Below, piece after piece: positions 9,742 to 20,358 of a stretch of DNA of 64,000 nucleotides. The notes under the pieces are model-generated. The model was not told where the DNA came from. It searched no databases and worked only from the letters and a program-made list of their open reading frames with translations. A program made the position numbers and the translations under genes. The stretch is from assembly GCA_030612725.1 (NCBI GenBank), contig JAUWNJ010000010.1, positions 32,837 through 96,836 of the forward strand, read 5' to 3'. The DNA comes from Planctomycetales bacterium (GTDB taxonomy: Bacteria > Planctomycetota > Phycisphaerae > SM23-33). Position 1 is the stretch's first letter. Each line of letters opens with the position of its first letter.

Positions 9742-12700
9742 ATGGTCAAAGAGGATGAAAGAATCCCGGTTTCGGGCAAGGGTGTAATCGTTCTTACCGG
9801 TCCGGCGAGTTCGGGCAAGACGTCGGCGGTGATAGAATTATACCGCCGGTGCGACGATGCTATCAGTGGGCCTGGGTGTCTGCTGATCGTTCCCAACGCC
9901 CCTGCCGTCGCGCAGGCGAAATCGCTCCTGCTGGAACGAACCGCCGGCGCGCTGATAGCACCGGCCGTTACGACCTTCGCAGGCCTGGCTGGGAACATTC
10001 TCGCCTCCTCAGGTCGGTCGCCGGCAACCCTGAGCCGCGTGCAGCGAATGCTGCTTCTGGAGCGGATAATCGCCGAAATTCACGCTGCCGGGGGATTTCG
10101 CGCTCTCGGACCGCTGGTCGATACGCCGGGGCTTGCCGAGGTGCTGGATAAGTCAATCGCCGAACTGAAGCGGGCTGCCGTCGAGCCTGACATGCTGGAA
10201 AAAGCGATGGGCAAGCCCTCCGGTAAAGATGCCGACCTGCTGGCGGTTTATCGCAAATACCAGAAGCATCTGCTCGATACGGGACTCTTCGACGTCGAAG
10301 GGCAGATGTGGCAGGCACGCGACGTATTGGCCGGCGATAACGACACGCCGCTGGGGTATGAAGGCATCACCTCCGTAGCCGTTGATGGCTTCACCGACTT
10401 CACACCAACACAACTTGAGATGCTCGCGCTGCTCGGTAAGCGGATGAAAACGGTGCTGATAACCCTCCCGCTGATTGACCGGAAGCATCGCAGCCGATTG
10501 TGGTTCTGGACGTCGAGGACGCTGGAGCGATTGCACAAAGCGATGCCCGACGCCCGTATTGTCAATACCGACAACGAGCACGAACCATTGCGAACCTTGT
10601 TTGACCTGACCGGCGAGTCCGAAGAAGAACCGACAAAACGAGAGGGTTTTTCGATAACCGTTCTGGAAGCGCCTGACGTCGAGGCGGAGGTACGCGCCGT
10701 GGCGCGAGCGGTCAAAGCCGACCTTGTGGCTGGGGCGAAATCCGGAACCATCGCCGTCGTCGCGCGAAATATGGAGGCATACACCGAACCGATCGAGCGA
10801 ATCTTCGCCGCCCATTCCATCGGCGTAAGGGCGAAATCGGCCAATCTGGACGCCTGCGGGCCGGTGCGATATATCCTGAGCCTGCTTGCGCTTCGGCGCG
10901 AGTATGAGTTCCACGACGTGCTGACGGTGATAAAAAACAGTTATTTCCGCCCGTCGGCGCTGGGCGATTTCGACGCCGCCACAGTGGCGACAGCCGAGAT
11001 ATCCATCCGCACAGCCAATGTCCTCGGCGGACGGGACAGTTATGCAAAGGCCTTCGCCCGCCTCGCACGACGGGCAAACCACGCCGCCGACAGCGACGCC
11101 GAAGACATCAAAAAGGCCGCCGATATGGTCGAGACGCTGATGACCTGCCTGGACGAATTGTCCTCGACCAAAGACATTACCCAATACGTTTCCGTCGTCA
11201 GGGCGATTATCGAGAGGCTTGAGATTTCCGTCGCGTCGGCGAGTTATGATGACGATTCGCTCGTGGCTGCCGACTTACGAGCGATGCGCGCGTTTGACGA
11301 ACTGCTCGACGACGTGTCAGCCGCCGGTCCGCTCGCAGGCGAACCGACCGACATCCCGGCGAGGGCGGCAGCGGTGTCGGCGTGCCCGTCGGCGCGGACT
11401 CACGCCGATGTAGCCGTCATGGACGTCCTCGACGCTCGGGCAGTGCGATTCAAACACCTCTACCTGCTCGGCGTCAATGAAAAGACCTTCCCGCAACTCA
11501 CCTTCGAGAGTTGCTTCATCACCGAGTCGGACCGTACCGCATGGGGCCAAGCCGGCGTCGTGCTCGATAAGCGAAGCGACCTCATCGGAAGAGAGATGCT
11601 ACTGTTCTATCTGTCGGCGACGCGGGCGGACGAAACGCTCAACGTAAGTTACCTCGCAGGCGATGCCGGCGAAGGCTCCGCCGCAAGAGGCGTTTTCGTC
11701 GCCGAATTAATCGCCTCTGCCCGGCGCGACCGAATCGCCGTGGCTGAAAAACGCATCTCTCCCGGTCAGTTCGTCCCGCCGATCGACCAGATCGCCACAC
11801 CGCCCGACGCCTTCAATGCCGCAATATCGGCGGCGTTCAACGGCGACGACAATGCGCATAAACTGATGGATTTCTCGAAGCGGAATTACGGCGACATCCT
11901 TCGCAGGGCGTCATTCGGGCTTCTCGCGGCGCATCGGCGATGGGCGCAGAGCCCTCCCGACGAATTCGACGGCAGGATAAACTCGCCGACGCTGCTGAAA
12001 AACCTCGCCGAACAAATACCGCAGCAATGGGTTTTTTCCGCCAGTGAATTGAACAGTTACGCAGCCTGTGGCTGGGGATTCTTTGCGCGATACCTTCTGC
12101 GGCTTGCGCCGCTTGCAGCGCCGTCGGCCCAACTTGCGCCGGCGGATCGCGGCATCTTTTGCCATGCCGTGCTCTGGCGGGTAATGACGAACCTTGCCAA
12201 AAACAGCGACGGAGTCAACCTCGCCGAAATCGACCCGGACGAACTGTCCAGGACGCTGAAGCAGGCGTGTCTTGCCGAAAAAAACAGACTCGCCGACAGG
12301 GCAATCTATTCTCAACTGTGGGACGCCCAGACTGCCTACTGGCAGCGGCTGTTGTGGAATTACCTTTCAGACCAACGGGAGGCATTCGGGAAAAAGCCCG
12401 CCCAATCGCTGCATTTCGAACTTGGTTTCGGCGTGACCCGGTATCGAGACGAAGACACAGACTCCGCAAGCAAACCCGAACCGATAGAATTGGATGCCGG
12501 TGAATATCAAATCCGCCTTGCCGGAAAGATCGACCGCGTTGACCTGATTACCTGCGAAGACGCCCCGGCTACACTGGCTGTGGATTACAAGACCGGACAG
12601 TTGCCCGCCGCCAGGGACATAATCGCCGGTAGAGACCTTCAGTTGGCTCTGTACGCCAAGGCGCTGGAGGCGATGTTCGATATACCATGCGCCGGCGGGG

Positions 12701-12939
12701 CATATCACGACCTGCGAAACAACAAGCATCGCTACTTCGCCACCTTCAAAACGCCAAAGGCCGAGGAAGGTTACGCCGAATTGCTCGCCGGAGCGATGGA
12801 GGCCGTCGGATTGTATGTCGGTGCAATGCGCGAGGGTCGGTTCGACGCCATCCCCGCCGGTAAATGCTCGAAGTGGTGCCCGTACCGTCAGATATGCCAG
12901 TATTCCCAGGCCCGTGCGAATCGAAAGGTAAGTTTTTGA
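9742..12939 (+). CDS. AddB-like helicase-nuclease subunit (PD-(D/E)xK nuclease with C-terminal Fe-S Cys cluster)
   Basis: Walker-A-like TGPASSGKTS at the N-terminus. C-terminal VDYKTG nuclease motif and CSKWCPYRQIC cysteine cluster are typical of AddB/RexB. ATG at 9742 chosen over the upstream ORF start. Confidence 0.65.
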   Translation: MVKEDERIPVSGKGVIVLTGPASSGKTSAVIELYRRCDDAISGPGCLLIVPNAPAVAQAKSLLLERTAGALIAPAVTTFAGLAGNILASSGRSPATLSRVQRMLLLERIIAEIHAAGGFRALGPLVDTPGLAEVLDKSIAELKRAAVEPDMLEKAMGKPSGKDADLLAVYRKYQKHLLDTGLFDVEGQMWQARDVLAGDNDTPLGYEGITSVAVDGFTDFTPTQLEMLALLGKRMKTVLITLPLIDRKHRSRLWFWTSRTLERLHKAMPDARIVNTDNEHEPLRTLFDLTGESEEEPTKREGFSITVLEAPDVEAEVRAVARAVKADLVAGAKSGTIAVVARNMEAYTEPIERIFAAHSIGVRAKSANLDACGPVRYILSLLALRREYEFHDVLTVIKNSYFRPSALGDFDAATVATAEISIRTANVLGGRDSYAKAFARLARRANHAADSDAEDIKKAADMVETLMTCLDELSSTKDITQYVSVVRAIIERLEISVASASYDDDSLVAADLRAMRAFDELLDDVSAAGPLAGEPTDIPARAAAVSACPSARTHADVAVMDVLDARAVRFKHLYLLGVNEKTFPQLTFESCFITESDRTAWGQAGVVLDKRSDLIGREMLLFYLSATRADETLNVSYLAGDAGEGSAARGVFVAELIASARRDRIAVAEKRISPGQFVPPIDQIATPPDAFNAAISAAFNGDDNAHKLMDFSKRNYGDILRRASFGLLAAHRRWAQSPPDEFDGRINSPTLLKNLAEQIPQQWVFSASELNSYAACGWGFFARYLLRLAPLAAPSAQLAPADRGIFCHAVLWRVMTNLAKNSDGVNLAEIDPDELSRTLKQACLAEKNRLADRAIYSQLWDAQTAYWQRLLWNYLSDQREAFGKKPAQSLHFELGFGVTRYRDEDTDSASKPEPIELDAGEYQIRLAGKIDRVDLITCEDAPATLAVDYKTGQLPAARDIIAGRDLQLALYAKALEAMFDIPCAGGAYHDLRNNKHRYFATFKTPKAEEGYAELLAGAMEAVGLYVGAMREGRFDAIPAGKCSKWCPYRQICQYSQARANRKVSF

Positions 12940-15900
12940 GTGAACTACCCGAACTTACCGGTCCTCAGCGTGAAGCCGCTATCGAGCGGGCAGGCGACAG
13001 TATCGCCCTGACCAGCGGGGCGGGATGCGGAAAGACGCTCGTGCTGGCAAGACGATTCACGGAGTTGATTATGGCCGCCGGCGGACTTCGACAAACTCAG
13101 TCGAGCCGCGCGGGCGAAGCCGACAAGAACCCATTCGATAACTTCGTGGCGTTGACGTTCACGGATAAGGCTGCGGCCGAAATGGTCCGGCGTGTCCGCG
13201 ACGTCCTGATGAACATTATGGCCGGTAGCGATAGCGAGGACGACCGCCGGAAGATCGCCGATTGGATTATCGAACTTCCCGCCGCTCGTATCTCCACCAT
13301 TCACAGTTTCTGCGCGTCGCTGCTTCGTCGTTACGCAATCGAAGCCGGCGTCGATCCGGGCTTTAGCGTCTGCGCCGACGAATTGCTGGCGGGGCAGATG
13401 CGAACGCGATCAGTCGAGGACGCCGTTCTCTCGGCTGTCGAGGTCGGCGACGCCAACGTGCTGGAATTGATGAGCCGCACGGAAATGAGCGGGATTCTCG
13501 CGGACGTCGAAACGCTCTTGAAACAGCGCGGCACATGGCGGGACGAAGATTACTCCGACCCGGAAAAAACGCTCGGCCGATGGCGGAAGAGGCAGGAGCA
13601 ATCACGACGGGATAAACTCACCGGCCTCGCCGAGGACGAAAACCTGCGCGATGAGATGAATCGTCTGGCCGGCTATCCGTGCCGCGAACCGGACGACAAA
13701 CTATTCGTATATCGTGAAAGAACGCTCGACGTTATCTCGCAAATCCTCCAGCAGCCTGACACGGTTCAATACGAAGACATTTCATCGCTCCGAAGCCCCG
13801 GCAACATCGGCGGCGCGAAGGCATGGGGCGGGAAAGACCAGCGTAAAGCCTACCGTCAGAAATTAAAAGCCTTTGTGGAGAAATTTGCCGAATTGGCTAC
13901 TTACTTCAGGACGATGGGCGATGCCGACGCGGACGCCGCACAATGTCTGGCGGTGCTGACGAAACTCGCCGGCCTAGCCGACGAACTTTACGCACAGCAG
14001 AAACGCCTGGCTGGGATGCTTGACTTCGACGACCTTATCGACCTGACGGCCCGATTGATACGGGACAATCGCCACGTCCGCCGCTCGATCGGCGGCAATA
14101 TCGACCAGATGCTTATCGACGAATGCCAGGACACCGACGCGACGCAACTGCGGATGCTGTGGGGCCTGCTGAGCGACGACAAGGCATCCGACTCGCTTCC
14201 AAAAAGCAGTAAAATCTGCATCATCGGCGACCTGAAGCAGAGCATCTATCGTTTTCGCGGCGCGCAGGCGGAGGTATTCGAGCAGTTGTGCAGCCGATTC
14301 GGCGGAAACAGGGTGCTGCTGGATAAATCCTTCCGCACGCATCGCGCCGGCGCGGCATTTGTCAACGAGACCTTCAGCCGGTTAATGAGCGGTTACGAAC
14401 CGATTGTCTCGTCGCGGACGGAACTGCCCCCGGTTCCCGGCGTCGAGATACTACTGACCCAATGCGCCGACGATACCAACGCAGAGGCAGCAGCCGACGC
14501 ACAGGCGGAACTGGTCGCGCAGCGAATCGGCGAAATAATCGACGGGCGAGAGAAAATCGTCTTCGATAAACAGGCGAACAAATGGCGTCCCGCCGAGCCA
14601 GGCGACTTCGCCGTCCTCTTCGCCCGAATGACCACCTCGCTGCGATACGAATACGCACTCCAGCGACGCGATTTGCCTTACTATGTCGTCGGAGGCGTCG
14701 GGTTCTTCAGCCGGCAGGAGGTCTATGACGTCCTCAACTCGCTGCGGGTCATCGACAACACGTTCGACGATATCGCCCTGTTCGGATTGCTGCGAAGCGC
14801 AATGCTCGGCCTGGACGATAACGTCCTGCTGCATATCGCTTCGGCTATCGGGCCGCCGTATTTCGACAAACTCACCGACGAGGCTGTGCTTAATGGACTT
14901 ACAGAACCGCAGGTCCGGCAACTCCGCTTCGCACATGAATTACTGGCCCGGTTGCACCGCGAAAAGGACGCGCTCGGACCGGCGGCGATTATCGAAGAGG
15001 TGCTTGAGCAGACGGGATACCAGGCTGTGCTTTTGAGTCAATTCCATGGCCGGCGAAAACTGGGGAATGTCCTTCAATTGCTTGATGCAGCCAGGTCGGC
15101 CCAAGCGACCGGAAAAATCTCGCTGGCGGATTTCATCAGGCGATACGACGAATACATCACGGATCAGTCCCGTCACGAACAGGCTGCCGTCGCCGACGAA
15201 ACCGACGACGTAATACGCATAATGACCGTGCATAAAGCCAAGGGCCTGGAGTTCCCCATTGTCATCATCCCGGACCTCAACGTCGGCTCGCATAAGATAA
15301 GAGACCGAATCCTTTTTCACCCCGACTGGTCGGTTACCTGTAAGCCGCCGGGAATTATGGATGAAGATGAGCAATCGGATAAATCCGGAGATGAAGAACC
15401 GGTCAGTTTCAGCCTGGCGAAGGAGGCTGAAAAGCAATCCGCCTACGAAGAGGACGTTCGCCGATTTTACGTCGCCGCTACACGCCACCAGGACCACCTT
15501 ATTCTAGTCGGGTCCGACCGGCGGAATAAAGACGGGCAATTCAAAGACAAAGGCTCCTGCCTGGCCATGCTTGATGACGTTTTCGGAATCGCCGATGCGA
15601 TAGACGCCGAGGCTGAAGCAATCGAATACGGCAGCGGTTTTTCCATCCGCCTGGCGCGAGTGGAGCCTGTTCGACCGGCTGGCGGGAAGCGAAAAATCTC
15701 GCCGGTCCCGCAACTTATCGCCGCCGCTGCTAATGCCGAAAAAGTCGCCGACGCCCTGGCGTCCACGGGTAAAAACGCCGGCGCGGAAAAATTGAACCTT
15801 ATCGGCCCACTTCCCGACGCCGTCGGGGGTGGAACGGTGGCTGCGACGGCGCTGGCTGACTTCGGTTACTGCCCGATGCTCTACCGATGGCGACACGAAC

Positions 15901-16589
15901 TGCGTGTGCCGTCAACAGGAAAAAAGACTACCTCCGCAACGCAAACCCGCCTCGATGCCGCCACCACCGGAACTTTCTTCCACAGATGTATGGAACTGGT
16001 GGATTTCGGCGACATCGCGTCGGTACAGGCCGAAGCGCTGGCAGGGCGCGTCGCTGCTGAGATGGAACTGACTGTCCCAGCCGAACCGCTTGGGCGCGAA
16101 TTGTCCGATATGCTCAATCGTCTGGCTCAAACGCCGCTGATGAAACAACTCACCGAGGCTCAGCAGCGATTGGCTGAACTGTCGTTCGTCTATCGCGCGG
16201 GTAACACGGATATCACCGGTCAGATTGACCTGCTGTATCAGGATGCCGAGGGGGCGTGGCACGTGGTGGACTATAAGTCCGACCGCATCGCTCCCGAACA
16301 GGCCTCCGAACACGCCATGCGGTACGAGTTGCAGATGATGGTTTACCTCGCCGCTGCGGGCAGGGCCTTCGAGACAGAAATCGCCGACGCGACGGTCTAT
16401 TTCCTCCGAGCGGGCGTTTCGCACCGCTTCGGCGCGACGAGCGAAACCATCGCCGCCGCCCAGCAACGTCTTGCACACTTAACGACGAAACTGGTCCACT
16501 GCCGGCGGGCAGGACAATTCGGGCGCATCAGCGATACCGACAAGTCGCTCTGTAAATCCTGCACGTACGCGAAACTGTGTTCACGTTAG
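12936..16589 (+). CDS. AddA/RecB-like UvrD-family helicase-nuclease
   Basis: Walker A ALTSGAGCGKT, UvrD-type helicase motifs, and a C-terminal DYKSD PD-(D/E)xK nuclease motif. A probable TTG start at 12936 overlaps the addB stop (ttTTGa), consistent with translational coupling. Confidence 0.7.
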   Translation: MSELPELTGPQREAAIERAGDSIALTSGAGCGKTLVLARRFTELIMAAGGLRQTQSSRAGEADKNPFDNFVALTFTDKAAAEMVRRVRDVLMNIMAGSDSEDDRRKIADWIIELPAARISTIHSFCASLLRRYAIEAGVDPGFSVCADELLAGQMRTRSVEDAVLSAVEVGDANVLELMSRTEMSGILADVETLLKQRGTWRDEDYSDPEKTLGRWRKRQEQSRRDKLTGLAEDENLRDEMNRLAGYPCREPDDKLFVYRERTLDVISQILQQPDTVQYEDISSLRSPGNIGGAKAWGGKDQRKAYRQKLKAFVEKFAELATYFRTMGDADADAAQCLAVLTKLAGLADELYAQQKRLAGMLDFDDLIDLTARLIRDNRHVRRSIGGNIDQMLIDECQDTDATQLRMLWGLLSDDKASDSLPKSSKICIIGDLKQSIYRFRGAQAEVFEQLCSRFGGNRVLLDKSFRTHRAGAAFVNETFSRLMSGYEPIVSSRTELPPVPGVEILLTQCADDTNAEAAADAQAELVAQRIGEIIDGREKIVFDKQANKWRPAEPGDFAVLFARMTTSLRYEYALQRRDLPYYVVGGVGFFSRQEVYDVLNSLRVIDNTFDDIALFGLLRSAMLGLDDNVLLHIASAIGPPYFDKLTDEAVLNGLTEPQVRQLRFAHELLARLHREKDALGPAAIIEEVLEQTGYQAVLLSQFHGRRKLGNVLQLLDAARSAQATGKISLADFIRRYDEYITDQSRHEQAAVADETDDVIRIMTVHKAKGLEFPIVIIPDLNVGSHKIRDRILFHPDWSVTCKPPGIMDEDEQSDKSGDEEPVSFSLAKEAEKQSAYEEDVRRFYVAATRHQDHLILVGSDRRNKDGQFKDKGSCLAMLDDVFGIADAIDAEAEAIEYGSGFSIRLARVEPVRPAGGKRKISPVPQLIAAAANAEKVADALASTGKNAGAEKLNLIGPLPDAVGGGTVAATALADFGYCPMLYRWRHELRVPSTGKKTTSATQTRLDAATTGTFFHRCMELVDFGDIASVQAEALAGRVAAEMELTVPAEPLGRELSDMLNRLAQTPLMKQLTEAQQRLAELSFVYRAGNTDITGQIDLLYQDAEGAWHVVDYKSDRIAPEQASEHAMRYELQMMVYLAAAGRAFETEIADATVYFLRAGVSHRFGATSETIAAAQQRLAHLTTKLVHCRRAGQFGRISDTDKSLCKSCTYAKLCSR

Positions 16590-16640
16590 AAGAGGCATGG
16601 TTACTTCAGTAACCAGGTTTCGAACAGTTACAATGTCATT

Positions 16641-17678
16641 ATGCGAAAATTCGACCGCTCCAAACCGATGCCGGTGAAGTACTGGTCCTTCGCCGGGCTG
16701 ATGCTGACGTACTGGTGTAATGCGCGGTGCGCTTCGTGTTACGTCTGCTCGTCGCCGTCGGCCCAGGGCGATATGAGCGTCGAAACGGCATTGGCGTTCT
16801 GGGAAGGTCTCCAAAGCGCCAGCCCTCACGGCTGTCGGGTCCACATCGGAGGCGGCGAACCGTTCGGGCGATGGGAAACGCTCATCGAACTGCTCCGGAA
16901 GGCGAAGGCTGCCGGACTGGCTCCGGCCGAGGCCGTCGAAACAAACGCTTTCTGGGCGGCTGACGAAAAAATTATCCGCGACCGCCTGGCGGCGCTGAAC
17001 GAAGCCGGGATGGAAAGGCTGGCGATTTCGTCGGATCCGTACCACCAGCAATTCGTCCCCATTGAGCGAGTGCGTCTGCTGGCGCGTATCGGCGAGGAAG
17101 TTCTTGGCCCGGACCGCATTCGCGTCCGCTGGCTCGACTGGGTGACAGAGGGTTTTGATACCGATTCGATGACACAAGAGCAGCGGAAAGAAGTATTTAC
17201 CGCTTATGCCGAAAAAAATCGGGACCGTCTCGCCGGCAGGGCGTCCGTTGAACTGGCAAAGATGCTACCGACGAAGCCGGCGACGGCCTTCGCCGATAAA
17301 CCCTGCTATGACAGGCTGTTGCGTTCGCGCCACGTCCATATCGACGGTGAGGGAATCGTCTGTCCGGGAACCTGTGCGGGAATTATACTGGGACGGGTAA
17401 CCGATGCCGATTCGGTGGGACGGTTATGGCAAAACCTCTACAATCACTTTGCCGATATGAATAGCGGTGGAAAACTTGTTCCGCCGGTTAACGTATTAAA
17501 CGTGCTGGCACGCTCCGGCCCGGTGGCGCTGATGGTCGAAGCCGAGCGACTCGGTTACGTCGAGCGGGCCGACGGATACGCCGGTCAGTGCCATTTATGC
17601 TGGTCCGTTCGTCGATGGTTATTCGAGAACGGACACTTTCGTGAGCGCCTAGGTCCGGCAACAGTGTACTGTCCGTAG
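16641..17678 (+). CDS. Radical SAM domain protein with additional C-terminal Cys motifs (SPASM/twitch-like)
   Basis: CNARCASCY is a CxxxCxxC radical-SAM cluster motif. Later CPGTCAGI and CHLCWS motifs are also present. Confidence 0.6.
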   Translation: MRKFDRSKPMPVKYWSFAGLMLTYWCNARCASCYVCSSPSAQGDMSVETALAFWEGLQSASPHGCRVHIGGGEPFGRWETLIELLRKAKAAGLAPAEAVETNAFWAADEKIIRDRLAALNEAGMERLAISSDPYHQQFVPIERVRLLARIGEEVLGPDRIRVRWLDWVTEGFDTDSMTQEQRKEVFTAYAEKNRDRLAGRASVELAKMLPTKPATAFADKPCYDRLLRSRHVHIDGEGIVCPGTCAGIILGRVTDADSVGRLWQNLYNHFADMNSGGKLVPPVNVLNVLARSGPVALMVEAERLGYVERADGYAGQCHLCWSVRRWLFENGHFRERLGPATVYCP

Positions 17679-17788
17679 AAGAACAATGCTTGACGGATAC
17701 GCTCGTAGAGTATAAGAATCACAGGCGTCGGAGCGACAGGGCACGAAAAATGAAATAAATCTTCCAGTATCTATAAGAGACCCAAAGC

Positions 17789-19024
17789 GTGACCGACAAC
17801 GAAATCAAGTCAACGGCGGCCAGCGACAGCGAAATTAAGCGAATCGTGTTGGAGAAACACCTCGCTACTGTCGAGGAAGTAGCCGAGTGCGCCGCCGAGC
17901 AGGAACACCTTAAGGCGGATGATCGCCAATGCAGCCTGGCCGGCGTCATGGTTGACCAGGGCATCGTTACAACCAGTCAGTTGCAGCGCGTGATCAAGGC
18001 GGTGGAGGTAATTCGCCCCACCCAACAGATTCCCGGATACCAGATTCTCTCCAAACTCGGTTCCGGGGCGATGGCGACGGTATTCAAAGCCAGACAGTTA
18101 AGCCTGGACCGCCTGGTCGCCATCAAGGTCCTCCCGAAACGGTACAGCGAAAACCCCGAATACGTCGAGCGGTTCTACAAAGAAGGAAAAGCCGCCGCCA
18201 AACTCAACCACGCCAACATAGTCCAGGCATTCGACGTAGGCGAGTCGGGCGGATACCACTACTTCGTCATGGAATACGTCGAAGGACACACCGTCTATGA
18301 CGAACTGGCCGAAGGAAAGGTTTTCAGCGAGGCGGAAGCCCTGAAAATAACCATTCAGATCGCCGAAGCACTCGCCCACTCTCACGAGCGAGGACTGATC
18401 CACCGCGACGTCAAACCCAAGAACATCATGATCACCACCGAAGGCATTGCGAAACTCGCCGACATGGGTCTGGCGCGTCTGGCAGAAGACACCCAGGCCG
18501 CCCAGGCAGAAGCAGGTAAGGCCTACGGTACACCGTATTATATCTCCCCGGAGCAGATTCGAGGCGATATGGACATCGACTTCCGCGCAGACATCTACGG
18601 ACTCGGCGCGACGCTGTATCACATGATAACCGGACAAGTACCTTTCGAAGCCGAGACGCCCGTAGCCGTTATGAACAAACACCTCAAGGAAACGCTGACC
18701 CCCCCCGACCATATAAACATATCGCTGTCGGTCGGACTGGGCGAGGTCGTGGAGGTGATGATGGCGAAGAAGCCTCAGGACCGATACGCATCCACCACCG
18801 ACCTGCTGCTCGACCTTGTATCCGTTGCCAGAGGCGAATCGCCTTTGCAGGTACACAAGATGCTCGACGCCAAATCGCTCTCGACCCTGATTCAGGAAGA
18901 AGAACAACCCGCCCCGGAGATGCTGTTCCGGGCAGACGACGAGGTAAAATACGTGCTGATATACATTTTACTGGCGCTACTGGTAGCGAGCGTTATGATC
19001 AACATCATCCAATTTCTTCTGTAG
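17789..19024 (+). CDS. Serine/threonine protein kinase with C-terminal TM anchor
   Basis: GSGAMATVFKA glycine loop, AIKVL, HRDVKPKNIM catalytic loop, DMGLA, SPEQ; a hydrophobic C-terminal helix. Confidence 0.8.
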   Translation: MTDNEIKSTAASDSEIKRIVLEKHLATVEEVAECAAEQEHLKADDRQCSLAGVMVDQGIVTTSQLQRVIKAVEVIRPTQQIPGYQILSKLGSGAMATVFKARQLSLDRLVAIKVLPKRYSENPEYVERFYKEGKAAAKLNHANIVQAFDVGESGGYHYFVMEYVEGHTVYDELAEGKVFSEAEALKITIQIAEALAHSHERGLIHRDVKPKNIMITTEGIAKLADMGLARLAEDTQAAQAEAGKAYGTPYYISPEQIRGDMDIDFRADIYGLGATLYHMITGQVPFEAETPVAVMNKHLKETLTPPDHINISLSVGLGEVVEVMMAKKPQDRYASTTDLLLDLVSVARGESPLQVHKMLDAKSLSTLIQEEEQPAPEMLFRADDEVKYVLIYILLALLVASVMINIIQFLL

Positions 19025-19082
19025 CGGAACCTCGCCCGACCGATGCGCTTGACATTATTATCGTTACCGACGTATCATCCCT

Positions 19083-19472
19083 GTGAAGGTGTTACAAAGG
19101 AGCAGATTGATGGAAGAACAGGCCTCCAGGTTGAAAGTTCTCAAGACGGGCGACGTAACAATCGTCGAGTTGACCGACAGGAAAATACTCGACGAGATGA
19201 TCATTTCGCAGATTGGCGAGACGTTGTCCGACATAATCGCCGAGTCCGACGGCGTCAGGCTTGTGCTGGATTTCACCAGCGTTGACCACATGTCCAGCAG
19301 CGCCCTGAGTATGCTGATAACTCTCAACAAACGTGCCCGTCAAAGCAACGGAAGGCTTGTGTTGTGCAATATCAGTCCGCCGATTTACGAGGCGTTCACG
19401 ATTACCCGTTTGAACGAGGTTTTTAAGACATGCGCCGATCGTAGCGAGGCCGTCGCGGAAGCGTCCTCTTAG
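19083..19472 (+). CDS. STAS-domain anti-sigma-factor antagonist (SpoIIAA-like)
   Basis: VLDFTSVDHMSSSALSMLITLNKRARQSNGRLVLCNI is an STAS pattern with a conserved phosphorylatable Ser. It sits in a cluster with an anti-sigma kinase. Confidence 0.6.
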   Translation: MKVLQRSRLMEEQASRLKVLKTGDVTIVELTDRKILDEMIISQIGETLSDIIAESDGVRLVLDFTSVDHMSSSALSMLITLNKRARQSNGRLVLCNISPPIYEAFTITRLNEVFKTCADRSEAVAEASS

Positions 19473-19499
19473 GGCGCCGGGGTTGGACTTACTATAAAC

Positions 19500-19925
19500 A
19501 TGATTGACAAGAGTATTCCCACCGACCTGACCGCCGCGAGGCGCCTGACCGAGGAGATCCTCTCGCTTACCGTCGCCTCCGGTTACAACGAAGACGACCG
19601 CTTCGCAATACGCCTGTCGCTGGAAGAGGCCTTGATAAATGCCATCAAGCACGGTAACAACTTCGAACCCGCAAAGAAGGTCAGGGTATCGGCCGACGTC
19701 GGGGCCAAACAGACGACGATTACCGTCTGCGACGAGGGCGCCGGATTCAACCCCGCCTCCGTGCCCGACCCCACTACCGATGAAAACCTCGAAAAACCCT
19801 CCGGCAGGGGAATTATGCTGATGAGAGCCTACATGGACGAAGTGTCCTATAACGATCATGGAAACGAAGTTCGCATGACCAAGCGCCGGTGTACAGGACT
19901 ACCACACCTCGCCGGACATAATTAG
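19500..19925 (+). CDS. Anti-sigma regulatory factor (RsbW/SpoIIAB-like Ser kinase, HATPase_c)
   Basis: LEEALINAIKHGN ... VCDEGAGFNP matches the GHKL ATPase N and G boxes. Confidence 0.7.
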   Translation: MIDKSIPTDLTAARRLTEEILSLTVASGYNEDDRFAIRLSLEEALINAIKHGNNFEPAKKVRVSADVGAKQTTITVCDEGAGFNPASVPDPTTDENLEKPSGRGIMLMRAYMDEVSYNDHGNEVRMTKRRCTGLPHLAGHN

Positions 19926-19937
19926 AAGGAGACGGTT

Positions 19938-20297
19938 ATGACCAACTCGTCTCACAACACGCCGCTCACGATGGATGTGACGAAACGCGGCAACGCCGTT
20001 GTCCTTACTGTTACCGGGTCGGTCTCCATGTCCGACGCCGAGAACCTCCAGGAAAAACTGGAACAACTCGCCGCCGAACGTACCCCCATCATCATTCTGG
20101 ACCTGAAGGGGATGGACTTCATCTGCTCGGTCGGGCTTGGCGCGATTATCGTCGGGCACCTCAAGTGCCGACATCACGCCGGGCAGGTCAGGCTCGCCCG
20201 CCCAGCCGCTTCCGTACGCGAACTGCTGGAAACGACTCGCCTGACAAAACTCTTCGACATCTACGACAGCGTCGAAGAGGCCCTCGCAAAAAAGTAA
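19938..20297 (+). CDS. Second STAS-domain anti-anti-sigma factor
   Basis: ILDLKGMDFICSVGLGAIIVGHLKCRHHAGQVRLARP is STAS-like, immediately downstream of the anti-sigma kinase. Confidence 0.6.
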   Translation: MTNSSHNTPLTMDVTKRGNAVVLTVTGSVSMSDAENLQEKLEQLAAERTPIIILDLKGMDFICSVGLGAIIVGHLKCRHHAGQVRLARPAASVRELLETTRLTKLFDIYDSVEEALAKK

Positions 20298-20358
20298 CCG
20301 GTGATACGGTTTTTTCAACCGCACCACCGGCGCGCTCACTTCAGTGAGTATGTCAGAT

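Noticed and set aside
12864-12935. Upstream ATG (12864) as the addA start, overlapping addB by 76 nt
   Set aside because: The TTG at 12936 overlaps the addB stop (ttTTGa) and gives a start immediately before the conserved N-terminal helicase motif. Translational coupling is more parsimonious than a 25-codon overlap, but the 12864/12894 ATGs cannot be excluded.
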